DNA of 64,000 bases from Dudresnaya verticillata (Eukaryota): positions 1,798,001-1,862,000 of the forward strand of contig OZ374562.1 of the NCBI GenBank assembly GCA_977862235.1, given 5' to 3'. Positions 1 to 11,250 of this stretch are shown in pieces (positions within the stretch are counted from its first letter, which is position 1; the number at the start of each line of letters is the position of its first letter). The notes beneath the pieces are model-generated. The model saw only the letters and a list, made by a program, of their open reading frames with translations, was not told the origin of the DNA and searched no databases. Made by a program: the position numbers and the translations under genes.

Positions 1-789
1 TTGCGCGTTTGCAATGGGCCCGACAGCACGCCTGGCTTCGTTAATGAGGTCGAAGGGACCTTGAACAGGGAACAGCCCACAAACGACAATCCTGTTATCA
101 CGCGGCGCTCAACGGCGGTCAAGGCACTACGGTTGCAGCCAGCACGGCGTACAATATGCGGCCAAGCCAGACCGGAGACCTTGTTAAGGAGCCAGCGGTC
201 TGCTAAGGGGATAGAGTGATGCACATCTCCAGAGATCAATGCCTTCGTTGTGAATCTTGAAACGAAGCGTCGTGACTTGAATGACAGGTTTCCACGCTCG
301 ATGCGGAGGGACCTTGTACACGCATATCCAGCGATCCGACAGTTACCCCCTTGTTCCGCGCTGATGATCCACAAAGAAGAGCTGCTCGAAACGGCGTCTT
401 CATCAACAAGCCTGTAGTATGTGGATTGCAGAAAAGTCGAAGTGTCCATGTTGGAACCCGGCAATCTGCTCCACAACGAAGTTGCCAACCCGCAAGGCTC
501 GGGGCCTCTGCAGCTGCTTCATTGGATTCAGGCAGTAAGGCATTATCAGATGCACATGCGCCATGCAAAGAATGAGTGTATGCAGAGCATGTGAAGGTTG
601 CGGACCGCGAAGTGCTGTTGACACCTTGCATTCCAGCTTGTACTCCTGGACAACGCTTTTCTTCGAACAGCAGTAACACGTTCTCCGATACTCGGTTCCC
701 AGGGAGATATCGATGCATATTCTACCAGATCTCGAGCAGGAAAACATCACGGTTGCCTTCCCACTTGGTTCCTGATAAACGCCTTCGAA

Positions 790-1976
790 TCAAAGCATTC
801 CCCTGTCCCTGAATCTCTCTACGATCGACGCAAAATGGAAAAAAGAACGCAGCAAAAGCAGCTCGGATGAGTTAGCTTCTGCCACGGCAACACTTGCACC
901 TCTCAAAGCCCATAACACGGGCAGAAAACCAACTCGCTACGTACCGAGCATCGTCTCGTTCCCTTCAACGCCGCCGCTGTGGTAGTAAATAAGATCCTCC
1001 CCTTCGCTGCAAAGGCGCCCCTCCTCCAGCGCAAGCATGCCTTCCTCCCATGCCTTGGGGGCATACACAAGGTCAAAGACGAAGTCTTCCGCGGCTCGGC
1101 ACATCTCAGTCCATATAGCCAGCTTGTCCCTTCTGACATCGGCAAATTTGCCTCGCAACCTCGGTCGAAGCACAGACGGGAGGGCAGCGGTGCCTATGCC
1201 ATCCGTATCTGCGGATAAGCGGGCCAATCTTCGCATCTGCCGCACGAGGTAGCGCTCATCACCCGACACAGGCACGGCAACGACAGTAGCAACATCACGC
1301 AAATGCTTGGCGAGAAAGTATGCAGTGGTGCCCGTGCCAGCGGCGAGCAAGACGACGGGGCGCTTCGAGGCGAGACGGCGCTGTTGGCGCAGATCATCAA
1401 TCTGCTCGCGCAGCTCAGCAGCCAGCACTGCAATGCCTGGCTCAGCAAGCGGGAAGGCACCGCCCTGCGGGACGAAGAGGGCGTTGGCAGCGTCCAGATC
1501 GGGCAGGTGTTCTGCGGCCGCGGCGCGCGCAGAGGACTCGGCGACGTGTGGCATGGTGTCACTGAAGGCGGCGGCGTATTCTACAGAGGGAAGCTGCACG
1601 TGACGCATGCCGTTTTGCAGGGCGGTTGCGAAGTTGCCGCGCTCAGGAATGTGCGGCGGGAGCGGGCGCGAGAGGTAGACAAACGGCAGGCGGCGCAGGG
1701 CGGCTACGGCGGACAGCGCGGCCATGGCGTTCGACTGCGTGCCGCCGAGCGAGAGCACGTACGAGTGCGGGAGCGGCGCGGGCGGGAGCAGGGCGTGGAA
1801 CTTGCGCAGCTTGCTGGCGTGTAGGCCGGCGTGGTGCAGGACATCGTCGCGCTTGACCAGCACCGTGCGGGCGCGGAAGGTCAGCGCGGTCAGAGGCGTT
1901 GCCGGGAGCGACGGGAGCGCCGGCGCGGGCGGGCGCTGCGACGCGCAGGTTGGGGAGGTGCGGTGGCGGGGGGGAG

Positions 1977-2008
<32 letters not shown>

Positions 2009-2061
2009 GGAGCGGGAGGGAGGAAGGATGGGCGCCGCGGACGAGGCGGCGCGGGCGGCAT
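790..2061 (-). CDS. PLP-dependent ACC deaminase / D-cysteine desulfhydrase-like protein; two exons (945-2061, 790-818)
   Basis: Motifs KRDD..HASKLRK, SLGGTQSNAM, GTGTT, DLVYAPK, YYHSGG. The ORF end is explained by a phase-1 intron 819-944 (GTACGT donor, GCTAAC branch, TAG acceptor) giving ...NETMLERFRDRGML*. Start placed at the first in-frame ATG (2061). Confidence 0.85.
1978..2010. repeat. (CGCGGG)n hexamer microsatellite in the GC-rich 5' end of the PLP-enzyme gene
   Basis: Run gggcgcgggcgcgggcgcgggcgcgggc, encoding ARARARAR on the minus strand. Confidence 0.8.
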
Positions 2062-2344
2062 GTTGGGCGCGATGGGCGCGGCGCTGTGCGGGGCATGGCG
2101 GTGGAGCTGTTGAGAGCAAGTGGATCTGGCGCCGCGTGGGGCCGGCAGGCGCGCGCGTTGGGTGGTCTTTGATATTAAGTGGCGACCTTGCGCCAATCAG
2201 GGCGCTTGGTGAGTCAGTCATGTGCGCCAACACAACGAAAGCCCCGACCGTCTGACCGCCGTGAAAGGGGTCAAGGTCGAGCCCGATCGTTCCAACTTTG
2301 TGGAGCAACGACTTTGCGTCGCTTCTCGCTCAAGTTACCCCGTC

Positions 2345-4540
2345 TCATCTTCCAACCGCCCCGAACATCCCGTTCTGGGCCAGCTTAGCGTTCCTCTTCT
2401 CATCCTCCACCCACCTCTTTGCGAGGTACACACTACCCATCTCAGACATATGGTGATCATCTTGGTAGAGTACATCATCCTCGACAACCACGCGACAGAA
2501 CTTTCCATCGGCCTTGGTATTGTCACAAAAGTACCCCCGAGATAAAAGCACCCAAGCCTTGAATTCTTTGGCAACCTGTTTGAGCACGTTCTCGCTGTAT
2601 TCAAATCGCCTCTTCATCTCCTCCCGCGTATATCCTACGCATACCTTCGGCTGATGCCCCACCTCGCTTCCATATCGTTGGCGCCCTGCCCATCGCTCGC
2701 ACAGATAGGGCACTCGCCCCAGATCGGGCGGCTCGCTGACGAGCAGCACCTTATCCACCGATTCCTTTACAGTCCTCATTGTATCCCGGAGCGCCTTCTC
2801 AAAGAACACACGCTTTTTGTCCACCGACGGTCTGTAGCTCCCATAAGTCCTTCTTCGCCCTTCATCTCTAGGGTAACTCGAATTAAACAGGATATATTCC
2901 TTGTCAAGCTTCTGTCCCTCTCTCCTTGCCTCCACAAACAGAGTCCACCTACCTGCTAGTATCACCCCGTCATATTTACCAGTTGCCACCTCTTTCATCC
3001 ATAATTCGTGCACTTCGTCGCATTTTTTCCAATGCCCGGTTGGGTTGCGCCAAGTATCGTGCACTCTATCACCAGAAGCATGTAGCACCGGCGGACAAGC
3101 GAATAAAGCGTTCACAACAACCTGAACACCGTACTTCACCCCAACGAGATGAGCAAACCCTCGAAGATGGCCTGCAAAGCTGTCCCCAATCAGAAGATAT
3201 GTTCGAGAAGAATTCCGTACTCCAAAGTACGATACAGAGTTGTAATCTCGAAGTCTCGTCACGTCTGGTGGATAACTCTGCCTCATGCTTTCGGAGAGGT
3301 GGCTGAGCTCGCTCTGCTTGCCTGTCTTCCGTCTCATCATGTTTGAAGAATTTAGTCTCATTGCCCCTAGCATACTCGCCGCTACAAGTACAAGACCAAC
3401 ACAGAATAGAAGTCCTTTCCTTGTCACCCGTGAATCCGCTAGTGACTTGATACGACTATTACTCTCCACAAGCCGGTAATTTATGGCTCCAAGCACAATA
3501 GATATGAAGACCAGCAACACGGCTTGTCGAGCAGAGAGCTCTGTTATTTCCCACTCGTACATGAAAAGCACAATAAGAGGCCAGTGCGCAAGGTATACAC
3601 TATATGAAATCTTTCCCAGTATTGAAATCGTTTCGGAAGAACATATCTTTCCAGCGTATGTCAGCTCTCCAAAGTAGATTATAGTGACTGTTGCCAGACA
3701 GGGGATCAAAGACATTAAGCCTGGGTTCTGCATCTCGCTGTCCATCAAAAAGAAGGATAGAACCAAGGAAGCTAAAGCGAGGATAGAAAATGCCTCCGCT
3801 GCAGGAGAAACATGGACAGACTTCCCGCTGACTGATGCCCGGCTAAAGGTCAACAAAAACGATAATAAACCCCCGCAAAGAAACTCAAAGAGACGGAACA
3901 GAATGTGAAAAAAGGTGACGGAGGGGTTAGGGACAAAGCAGGCAGCTGTCAGAGACAAGCAGAATGCAGACGCGGTTACAATGAGCGCCATTCGTCGACC
4001 ACGGCGCATGGCGGGCATAAGAAGAAGCGGCCATAAGAGGTAAAACTGCAGCTCAAGAGAAAGAGACCAAGTGTGCAAAAAGGGTTGGGTTGCAGCAGTC
4101 TCGGTAAAATATCCATTGAGGGAGGCGTAGAGGCTGTTGGAAACGCCAAATAGACCACATAATACCTCATCTGTTGCAGAAACAAGAACTTTGAGAGGGT
4201 AAAGGATACATAAGAACGGGTAGAAGAATGTATACGTCAATAGCAAAGATGGATATATGCGAAGAAATCGGCGAACATAAAACTTTGCAAAAGAGAATGT
4301 AGAGGTGGACGAGAGGGCAATGAGCTGAGAGGTAATAAGAAATCCAGAAAGTACAAGGAATACATCAACGCCCAGAAAGCCGCCTGGAAGTAATGCTGGC
4401 GAAACGTGGAAGATCAGAACAGCTAGAACCGCGATTCCGCGAAGACCCTGGATCTCTTGCCTAAAGTTGTTAGAGGAAGGTGTAGATGATATCCGTTGAA
4501 CGTGTTTTGAATCTCTGTTCTGAAACATCAATGTCGTCAT
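2345..4540 (-). CDS. OafA/YrhL-like O-acyltransferase (acyltransferase-3 membrane domain plus C-terminal SGNH domain), intronless
   Basis: FRQEIQGLRGIAVLAVLIFH, GGFLGVDVFLVLSGFLIT, FYVRRFLRIYP, HTWSLSLELQFY, GKISYSVYLAHWP; SGNH GDSF and DDHH motifs; 731 aa. Confidence 0.92.
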   Translation of the reverse strand: MTTLMFQNRDSKHVQRISSTPSSNNFRQEIQGLRGIAVLAVLIFHVSPALLPGGFLGVDVFLVLSGFLITSQLIALSSTSTFSFAKFYVRRFLRIYPSLLLTYTFFYPFLCILYPLKVLVSATDEVLCGLFGVSNSLYASLNGYFTETAATQPFLHTWSLSLELQFYLLWPLLLMPAMRRGRRMALIVTASAFCLSLTAACFVPNPSVTFFHILFRLFEFLCGGLLSFLLTFSRASVSGKSVHVSPAAEAFSILALASLVLSFFLMDSEMQNPGLMSLIPCLATVTIIYFGELTYAGKICSSETISILGKISYSVYLAHWPLIVLFMYEWEITELSARQAVLLVFISIVLGAINYRLVESNSRIKSLADSRVTRKGLLFCVGLVLVAASMLGAMRLNSSNMMRRKTGKQSELSHLSESMRQSYPPDVTRLRDYNSVSYFGVRNSSRTYLLIGDSFAGHLRGFAHLVGVKYGVQVVVNALFACPPVLHASGDRVHDTWRNPTGHWKKCDEVHELWMKEVATGKYDGVILAGRWTLFVEARREGQKLDKEYILFNSSYPRDEGRRRTYGSYRPSVDKKRVFFEKALRDTMRTVKESVDKVLLVSEPPDLGRVPYLCERWAGRQRYGSEVGHQPKVCVGYTREEMKRRFEYSENVLKQVAKEFKAWVLLSRGYFCDNTKADGKFCRVVVEDDVLYQDDHHMSEMGSVYLAKRWVEDEKRNAKLAQNGMFGAVGR

Positions 4541-5723
4541 GCGAAGGATTTGTGAGTATTAGCCAAGGAGGGTTTGGTCAGCTAAGCGATGCAGAGAATG
4601 CTGGCAAAGGGTTGAATAGGGGACTGCGACAAACCTTTCGTCCTCGTATCAAATTCGTTCAATCTGAACTAAAACCATTGTCGTGTCCCTAGGGCCTTCT
4701 GCTCGACTTGAGTAAAACGCATCTCTTAAACGTCCGAATGCCCGTGTGGTGTACAAGTACATCATTTCGGTGTTATCTAGGGCGTGATTTGGGGCAGGAT
4801 GATGTTGATGACAGCCATCAGCCAGTATTGAAACATTTCGAGCCGGACACTGCTGAGCACAAAGTAGGGACAAGAAGGAAATGAGACAGAAGATACGCTT
4901 CGAAATTGGGGACGAGAAACTGACTGGCGGTGAGTGGCAGGCTGTATGTCCACAGCGTGGGCCCAAATGCAGGGACGCTTGAGTAGGGGCAGCTTAGAAG
5001 TGGTTTAGCAATGCTGCACGTCGGTGGTGACGGGTGTTCGAGGGGGCGTGCGTTCGGACTCAACGATGCGGTACTTCCTAGCTTCTCCAGGACTAAGGAT
5101 GGATCGGCTAAACAAGCCGGATATTCTACCACAAGATGAATTCGACCTAAAGCTTTGCGGCATTGTTAACCCTTTTCAAGGGCCACTTTGTCTTTTTGTT
5201 GCTTGGCACATACCCACACGCAGCGATCGGTACAATCGCGCTGAGTTCCCGCTGGGCCGGCTTCAGAGGCCCTGCGGCAGTAGCTACTGTGGCTGAACGA
5301 CCCGAACTTTTATCAAAATACCACACGACAACTGCACGGCCCTTGTGTCACGGCCTTGGTACGGCGCCACTACTTCATAAGAAAGTCCCTGTTTCTTTGC
5401 AGGTAGGCTCGCGTAACAGTGATGGTTACAAATGAATCCGGAAAGGGCCCTAGTCCGCCTTTTGATGCTTGGGTCATGCTTCTAGGATCTCCCTTGCAAG
5501 TAAGTATGCACTTGAAATCATTTACGCTCAATATACCACTTCTAGACAAAAGAGAGTATCTTCTAGGATGCGGACCGGTGGTATTAGCTTCTGGCCTTGG
5601 AACCCGGGTTATTGTAGCTATTTGTCTTCATGTGGCACTGCAGCTGCTTTGGCGGAGACAAGGGAATCACGTTTGTGAGATAGTAGCCGACTGGCAATTG
5701 TTCCAAGGGCTTACATTATCCCA

Positions 5724-6569
5724 ATGGCAGGCAATGTCTACCACCGACTATTCTTACAACGGCTCTTATCCCTTGTAACATTTCTGGCAGTTCTGCGCCT
5801 CCTCTTTGCATTGCGTACCGTGCCTGCACACACGCACCGATGGTTTCGGTTACCTCACAATCTAGACGCGAACACAATCTCCGGCCCGTTCACACATGAC
5901 CCCGTTTCAAATCCGATCCCTTCGTCTCGCCGGGTCGGAGTCCCACTCGATATCTCCGGAGATTCTTCCTTCCTAGCAGACTTTGGACGAACGGGTTTCA
6001 AGAAGTCTCGGGCGTTTGCAGCAGGCGCAGCAAGTGACACCCCTTACGTCTACCACTGTCCGCATGTCGTCATCTTTTCCTTGTTCACTTCCGAGTCCAA
6101 GTTCCCGAAAGAGCAACTGGTACACCGTTTCGACACAGTTTTGTTCCGAAAAGTAGCTAGAGGCCATTCACGGGCCTTGGGCACCAACCTCGTTTCGTCG
6201 GAATTTGTTCAGCATTTCTTATGGAGCCAGGGTCGTTTCGGCCCAACCGTAGTGGAACTGTTCATGTTTGATATCGAATGGGTAGAGCAGAGCCGTAAAG
6301 CGCTTCGTTCGATTCTCTCAAAGCGTCTCGTCGGCCCCCTAGAATCAGCTGTCGTCCTTGTCCATCCCCCACTGGAGAGTATGCGGTCTGTGGGCAACGA
6401 GTTGGCTCAGAACAAGTTTAGAAACTTAGAATACAAATGGACGCGAGCAGCAGTGCTACTTCAAAAGGACGTTCGAAAGCATCTCACGTTGCACGATGAG
6501 CTGGAAATGGAAAATATCCTTGCGGATTCAGTTTACTTGCCATGGTGCGGATGCAAGTTACCAGCCTAA
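5724..6569 (+). CDS. Hypothetical protein with N-terminal hydrophobic signal anchor (possible type II membrane protein)
   Basis: 281-aa ATG-initiated ORF with LLSLVTFLAVLRLLFAL near the N-terminus; no family recognised. Confidence 0.55.
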   Translation: MAGNVYHRLFLQRLLSLVTFLAVLRLLFALRTVPAHTHRWFRLPHNLDANTISGPFTHDPVSNPIPSSRRVGVPLDISGDSSFLADFGRTGFKKSRAFAAGAASDTPYVYHCPHVVIFSLFTSESKFPKEQLVHRFDTVLFRKVARGHSRALGTNLVSSEFVQHFLWSQGRFGPTVVELFMFDIEWVEQSRKALRSILSKRLVGPLESAVVLVHPPLESMRSVGNELAQNKFRNLEYKWTRAAVLLQKDVRKHLTLHDELEMENILADSVYLPWCGCKLPA

Positions 6570-7157
6570 CACTAATGCCGAGATTAGAATTTAGCAGCAA
6601 TGAGAACTGCTCGCAAGTTGGAGGTTTTACCTGTCCGCGTCAGTTTTATGCAATGTGCTACAAAGTTGAAAATAAACGTTACGGTATAACATAGGTTCAA
6701 TCTGCAGTGTGTTCCGATGTCGGGGGAAGTTAAAAGTGGACAATAGCATTTTTCCTTCTGATGACTCGTTCCCTTCTTGTCCACTGACGTATCGGAAGGC
6801 TCCGTTATTATTGTCAAATGCTCACGCATACGATACACAGGATATGGGTAGTATCAATAAGAAGGATTAAGAGTACGGTGGTTGCAGTCAGCCAAATCGA
6901 TGTGTACTCGTACACACATACTCGTACGAGCTCCAGATCAGGGATGCGGCACACCGGGAACAATGATACTATAGTGCTAACAAAGGAACGCGACGTACAC
7001 TCATCACGTCCCGAAGTTTTTTCGAATATAGTCTCAAGAGCCTAGACACTGGCGAGCCGAGCTCAAATATCATTTCTTCATCAACATCACGATAGCTTCT
7101 TACGTTTAGGTTCCGAGCTTAACTTTACATGGTACCTAGTCGAAAAAATAAATGGGA

Positions 7158-8630
7158 TTATTGGTGCTCTGACTCTTCTTTCCGGCGAACTCGAATGTAT
7201 TCCAGCGCGTATTCGACCAGTTCCCCCAGCCGTGAATAGTCCATGACTACATTTGCTACGTCCCGCCGATAATAATAGCTATCTTTGCTGCCATTGTGAC
7301 CAGGAGGAGCTTGTAATTCCTCCTCGGACAATACTGGATAATGAAGAACTAGGCGGTTACTGACGAATCTCCAGACGTTATTCTCCATGCGACTTGGTAT
7401 AGCTCCTCCCTTGAGCCTGTACGACAAAATAATTGTAGCAGAATCGTCCCTCATGAACGCGGTCAAAAACGAGACCCCTCCACATGGTGTTAAGATAAGA
7501 TCGTACATCCGTGACAATTTCATTTGATCTATTAGGTTCATCGTGTGCAGTCGGTCTGATGTGATTACGTCCACGTTTTCAGTGATGTTGCTCTGGATAA
7601 ACTTAGCTACTTCTCCGTAATTTACAATCCTTCTCCGACCGGTTTTGTTAATTACAAGAACCCTCATTGAATTCGAAGAATACTCCGGGTATGATGACAG
7701 ACCTGCTCTATTTACAAGTTCCCGAATATAGTGGTTCCAAGCAGGCCCCGCCTCGGTTGCAAATCCCATCCTTACCGATCCAGCAAGCACTCGCTCATAG
7801 CACAAGACTGCGTCTGTTCGGGATGAATCCGGAAGAGAAGTAAGCTGACGAACAACCCTATCACCAATCTCATCATCGGGAGTGAACACAATTTCTCTTC
7901 CCGGCCAGAGCAATTGCTTGAAAGAAGATAGAAGGCTAAAGGCTTGGTTCCTAAAGTTGATTCCAAGATATCTATCTTCAGCAGCGACATGAGCAAAAAT
8001 CTGGATGTCTTGTGTGTTGATATCGAAAGCCTCCAACATTCTGTAGACCGGGAAAATGAAGTCGCCCATCGCATGACCAAAGTTGGTGCCGTACTTCGGG
8101 GCCAGAACGGCTGCTACTTTTGCTCCTGACCATATTGCATTCTTGGGAATATCTTGTGGAATGTATCGAGGACTCCAACGTTCTAGGCTTCTCCACATCC
8201 CAATATCGACGGTTGGAAGTCCTTGTGATTCGAAGTTGTTGTCAGGTTCTGTCGAAAATCGAGATATGAACTTGCCCAGTTTGGGCGGTCGTCTTGAATA
8301 GAAGACCCACCCTCCTGCCTGTTGAGAAAGACATATGTTTCGATAGAGACAGGTTCTTGAGGCCGAGTTTTCAAAATTGTTATCAGCACCAACTTCTCCT
8401 ATTGTTCCAGTGTGATTTGAGGCTCCATCGTAACAAGACACCCATGAATGTTTTCTTTCCGGACTGCGTCGACCTCCAGGTGGGTAACTGTTTGAGAAAT
8501 ATGTTCTCCTTGGACGAAAAGCCGCAACTGTTAATGCTACAATTGCGAAGCCTCCTAGAACTCGTAGCTTGAGTCTACGCAACTTTTCGGAAGAGCGGAA
8601 ATCCCAGTTCTTTTTGTTTTGTTCAAGCAT
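7158..8630 (-). CDS. Glycosyltransferase family 61 (DUF563-like), type II membrane protein
   Basis: N-terminal anchor VLGGFAIVALTVAAF; CLYRNICL; NFGHAMGDFIFPVY; RRIVNYGEV; DQMKL...ILTPCGGVSF (variant of the GT61 HGAG motif). Confidence 0.75.
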   Translation of the reverse strand: MLEQNKKNWDFRSSEKLRRLKLRVLGGFAIVALTVAAFRPRRTYFSNSYPPGGRRSPERKHSWVSCYDGASNHTGTIGEVGADNNFENSASRTCLYRNICLSQQAGGWVFYSRRPPKLGKFISRFSTEPDNNFESQGLPTVDIGMWRSLERWSPRYIPQDIPKNAIWSGAKVAAVLAPKYGTNFGHAMGDFIFPVYRMLEAFDINTQDIQIFAHVAAEDRYLGINFRNQAFSLLSSFKQLLWPGREIVFTPDDEIGDRVVRQLTSLPDSSRTDAVLCYERVLAGSVRMGFATEAGPAWNHYIRELVNRAGLSSYPEYSSNSMRVLVINKTGRRRIVNYGEVAKFIQSNITENVDVITSDRLHTMNLIDQMKLSRMYDLILTPCGGVSFLTAFMRDDSATIILSYRLKGGAIPSRMENNVWRFVSNRLVLHYPVLSEEELQAPPGHNGSKDSYYYRRDVANVVMDYSRLGELVEYALEYIRVRRKEESEHQ

Positions 8631-11250
8631 TGAACTGGTCTTAAGGTTTGTGTGGCGCCTTAAAATAATGTTCTGTGAATGAAGTTTGAACTTGCCGTTT
8701 TGATGCGCACGATTTAACGCAGCACGTGTGAAAGTCGGAGACTATCTTTTGTTCATGTTAAACTTATACAGCATCACACCATCAACACCTTGAGCCCTTT
8801 TTTGCGAAGCTGATTTGGATTATCGGTCCTTATCGCTGCTCTGTTCCGTTCAGAGAAGTGTCGCAGAGGCATCCGATGATAATAATTCGGAGCTTTGTTC
8901 AGAGCCATGCAAAAGCGCCGAAAGCTGCATTGAAACGCCGGTGGTTCGATATCGGTGGTGGCAGTTGCTTACGGATCCGTGTGAGATTTTGTTTAATGAG
9001 ATGCACCCATTTTATGGCATGTGGGCGACTGAAAGCCCATGTGCCAGAATAACGCGAACAGAACACAAAAGAGAACAAACTCGAAGCTGTAGCCCACCGT
9101 GACCGGAAGCTCGCTCTGCGCTGGCTGTCACCTCGCGACATCCCCGATCCCCAGTTCAAAATGCGTACCGCGCAATGCCCATGACGTGCCCGACTGAAGG
9201 AGCACGCCCCGAAGCCGAACATAGTGACAAGTCCCAACACCGATAGAGCAGCAGTGCTGTGTGTCTCCGACGCGACCCGTGCTATTCGGGCCCTTGATGA
9301 AGTAGAGTTGCCACTGTCGCTACTAGCTCCAGCGGCCCCCAACCCTGGCAGTGCCTGCACTGTTTTGCAGATGTGTGGATGGGACGTGGGGGTGCGTTGC
9401 GCAGGACTACGATAAACAATTGTAAAGGATACATCAGCTCGCTCCCTTGCTGCTGACTGGCTACTTTTTATCTATGGGGTCGCGATGAGGGCCACCTGTC
9501 TAAAGCGATTAGCGAAAAGAACCAGCAAGTCCATGAACGGATGGGATTGGGGAAGGACTATGAAAGCAAGATGGTTCTGAGCTGCGCTGACTGAATGCAT
9601 GCGGAAAATCCCCTCACGGGGTCAGTGTTGGGCGGGCGTGGCTGGCCCCTCGTAGCCGCGCGGAAGAGCCAAAATGTGTCAAATGGAGTGGGCAGCGAGA
9701 GTTGGACAGAGCATAGGGAATCTGTTAGCATGCTGGGCGATGGTGGTGGCGTATCTACCTGGTAGTGCAAGTCTGCTGAGCCTGACGAGAGAATGTATTG
9801 TGCCCTCATCTGCTGTAAAAGCTCGTCTGGTTTGTCACCGCCGCTTGGACGCGGTGGATCCTACTTCTGCCATTAACCCGTGCCCTCAGGCCTTTGACGT
9901 TACGGTGGCAGTGCCGTTTGCTGCAAATTACTGCACTGCGGCCTCTCGCTTGGGTGGAGAAGTTGTGTGTGGGAGATTATCAACTTGATGGTACGAGACT
10001 ACAAACTCTATATCAAGAGAGTCTGTAATCTCGTAACAAAAAGCTCCGTAATGAGCTTCTGTGCCCGGTGCTATCGTAGAATAAAGGGATGCCTGCTTGG
10101 GTGTTGTATTTAGCGTGACACATCACGCAAAAGCAATACACATGCACCTCGTCATCTTCCGTCATCAATCTTCGAGACCTACAGACTCTATGGCCACATG
10201 CACTTGACCTGACCGGGCCCAGAACATAGGCTGCTGTTCGGGATTGCTCGGCTGAAAACAATGGAGAAGCGGTAACGTACGCAACGGAATTGCGCACGAC
10301 GACCCGGAAGTACGTGCTCGAAAGGTCTGAGGCCAATTAAAGGATGTCGTTTTGCGCGAGTCTCAGCGCGGAGCGGTGGGGGCTTCTTTATTCACGACGC
10401 GCTTGTTTAAAGCACCACACCACTACTACAGTATTGTTGGACGACCATCCGCCTACTCGGATGCGGCCCTTCCAAACACCTCACGCCGAGCCGCTGCGCC
10501 AGCCGATGCTGCAATAATGCTCTCTCCGCCGACATACCCAAACTCCCGCCGCCACCAGCAACCTTTCCGTGCCTGCTTTGCGCCTGCTACCCCTCTCCAT
10601 ACCCATCCGTTCCTTCCCTTTCGTGGAAGATTGCGCTGCTACTCTTGCAAACGGGCCTGCGTGCCTCGCAAAGGTTTTCTTTAGACGCCTTGAGCAAGGT
10701 CGATCAGCATCACGCTGCAAGCGGGCTGCGTTACGCTCGCAGGATCGCCATAAATAAGCGAAAAAAAGGAAAAACGCCGCTGAGCCACGTGCCCTCGTCT
10801 CCGTTGACAGTATTGAAAGTCCGCTACGGAACCCGGACAACCCGCCAGTACGTTCCCACTCAGCTACGTCCCCAATCCCAAATCCGCGCCTTGTCCTCAG
10901 AAGTGTGCTGCCGTGCGCGTCTTTGTCGCGTAGCTGCAGAAGTTGGCCCCTTCCGCACCGACGCCATCAGACTTGAAACAACACAAGCTGCGCAAATACG
11001 ACCGTTCTTAACAAGCAGTAAAGTCCAACAGCTATCATCCAGCGACCACGCAGCCTTAATACCATAGCACCCATCCGTTAAGCCACCAGTACTTCGAACA
11101 CCTGTGATAGTATGTAGTATCCTCGACGCAGAGCAAAGTTTGAATAAAGCTACCATATCGTAAACTACAATACCATTAGACGTTCTCACGCAACAACCCA
11201 ACCCTATCCCTGCAGCTTGATTGTTCCCGTCTCCTCCATTCTTCTGCCAG

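Noticed and set aside
1..780. Short ORFs at the window start
   Set aside because: No recognisable domain or consistent exon structure.
8700..11200. Several 100-150 aa ORFs between the GT61 and FkbM genes
   Set aside because: Overlapping, motif-free and with no consistent strand; treated as intergenic. A decayed gene cannot be excluded.
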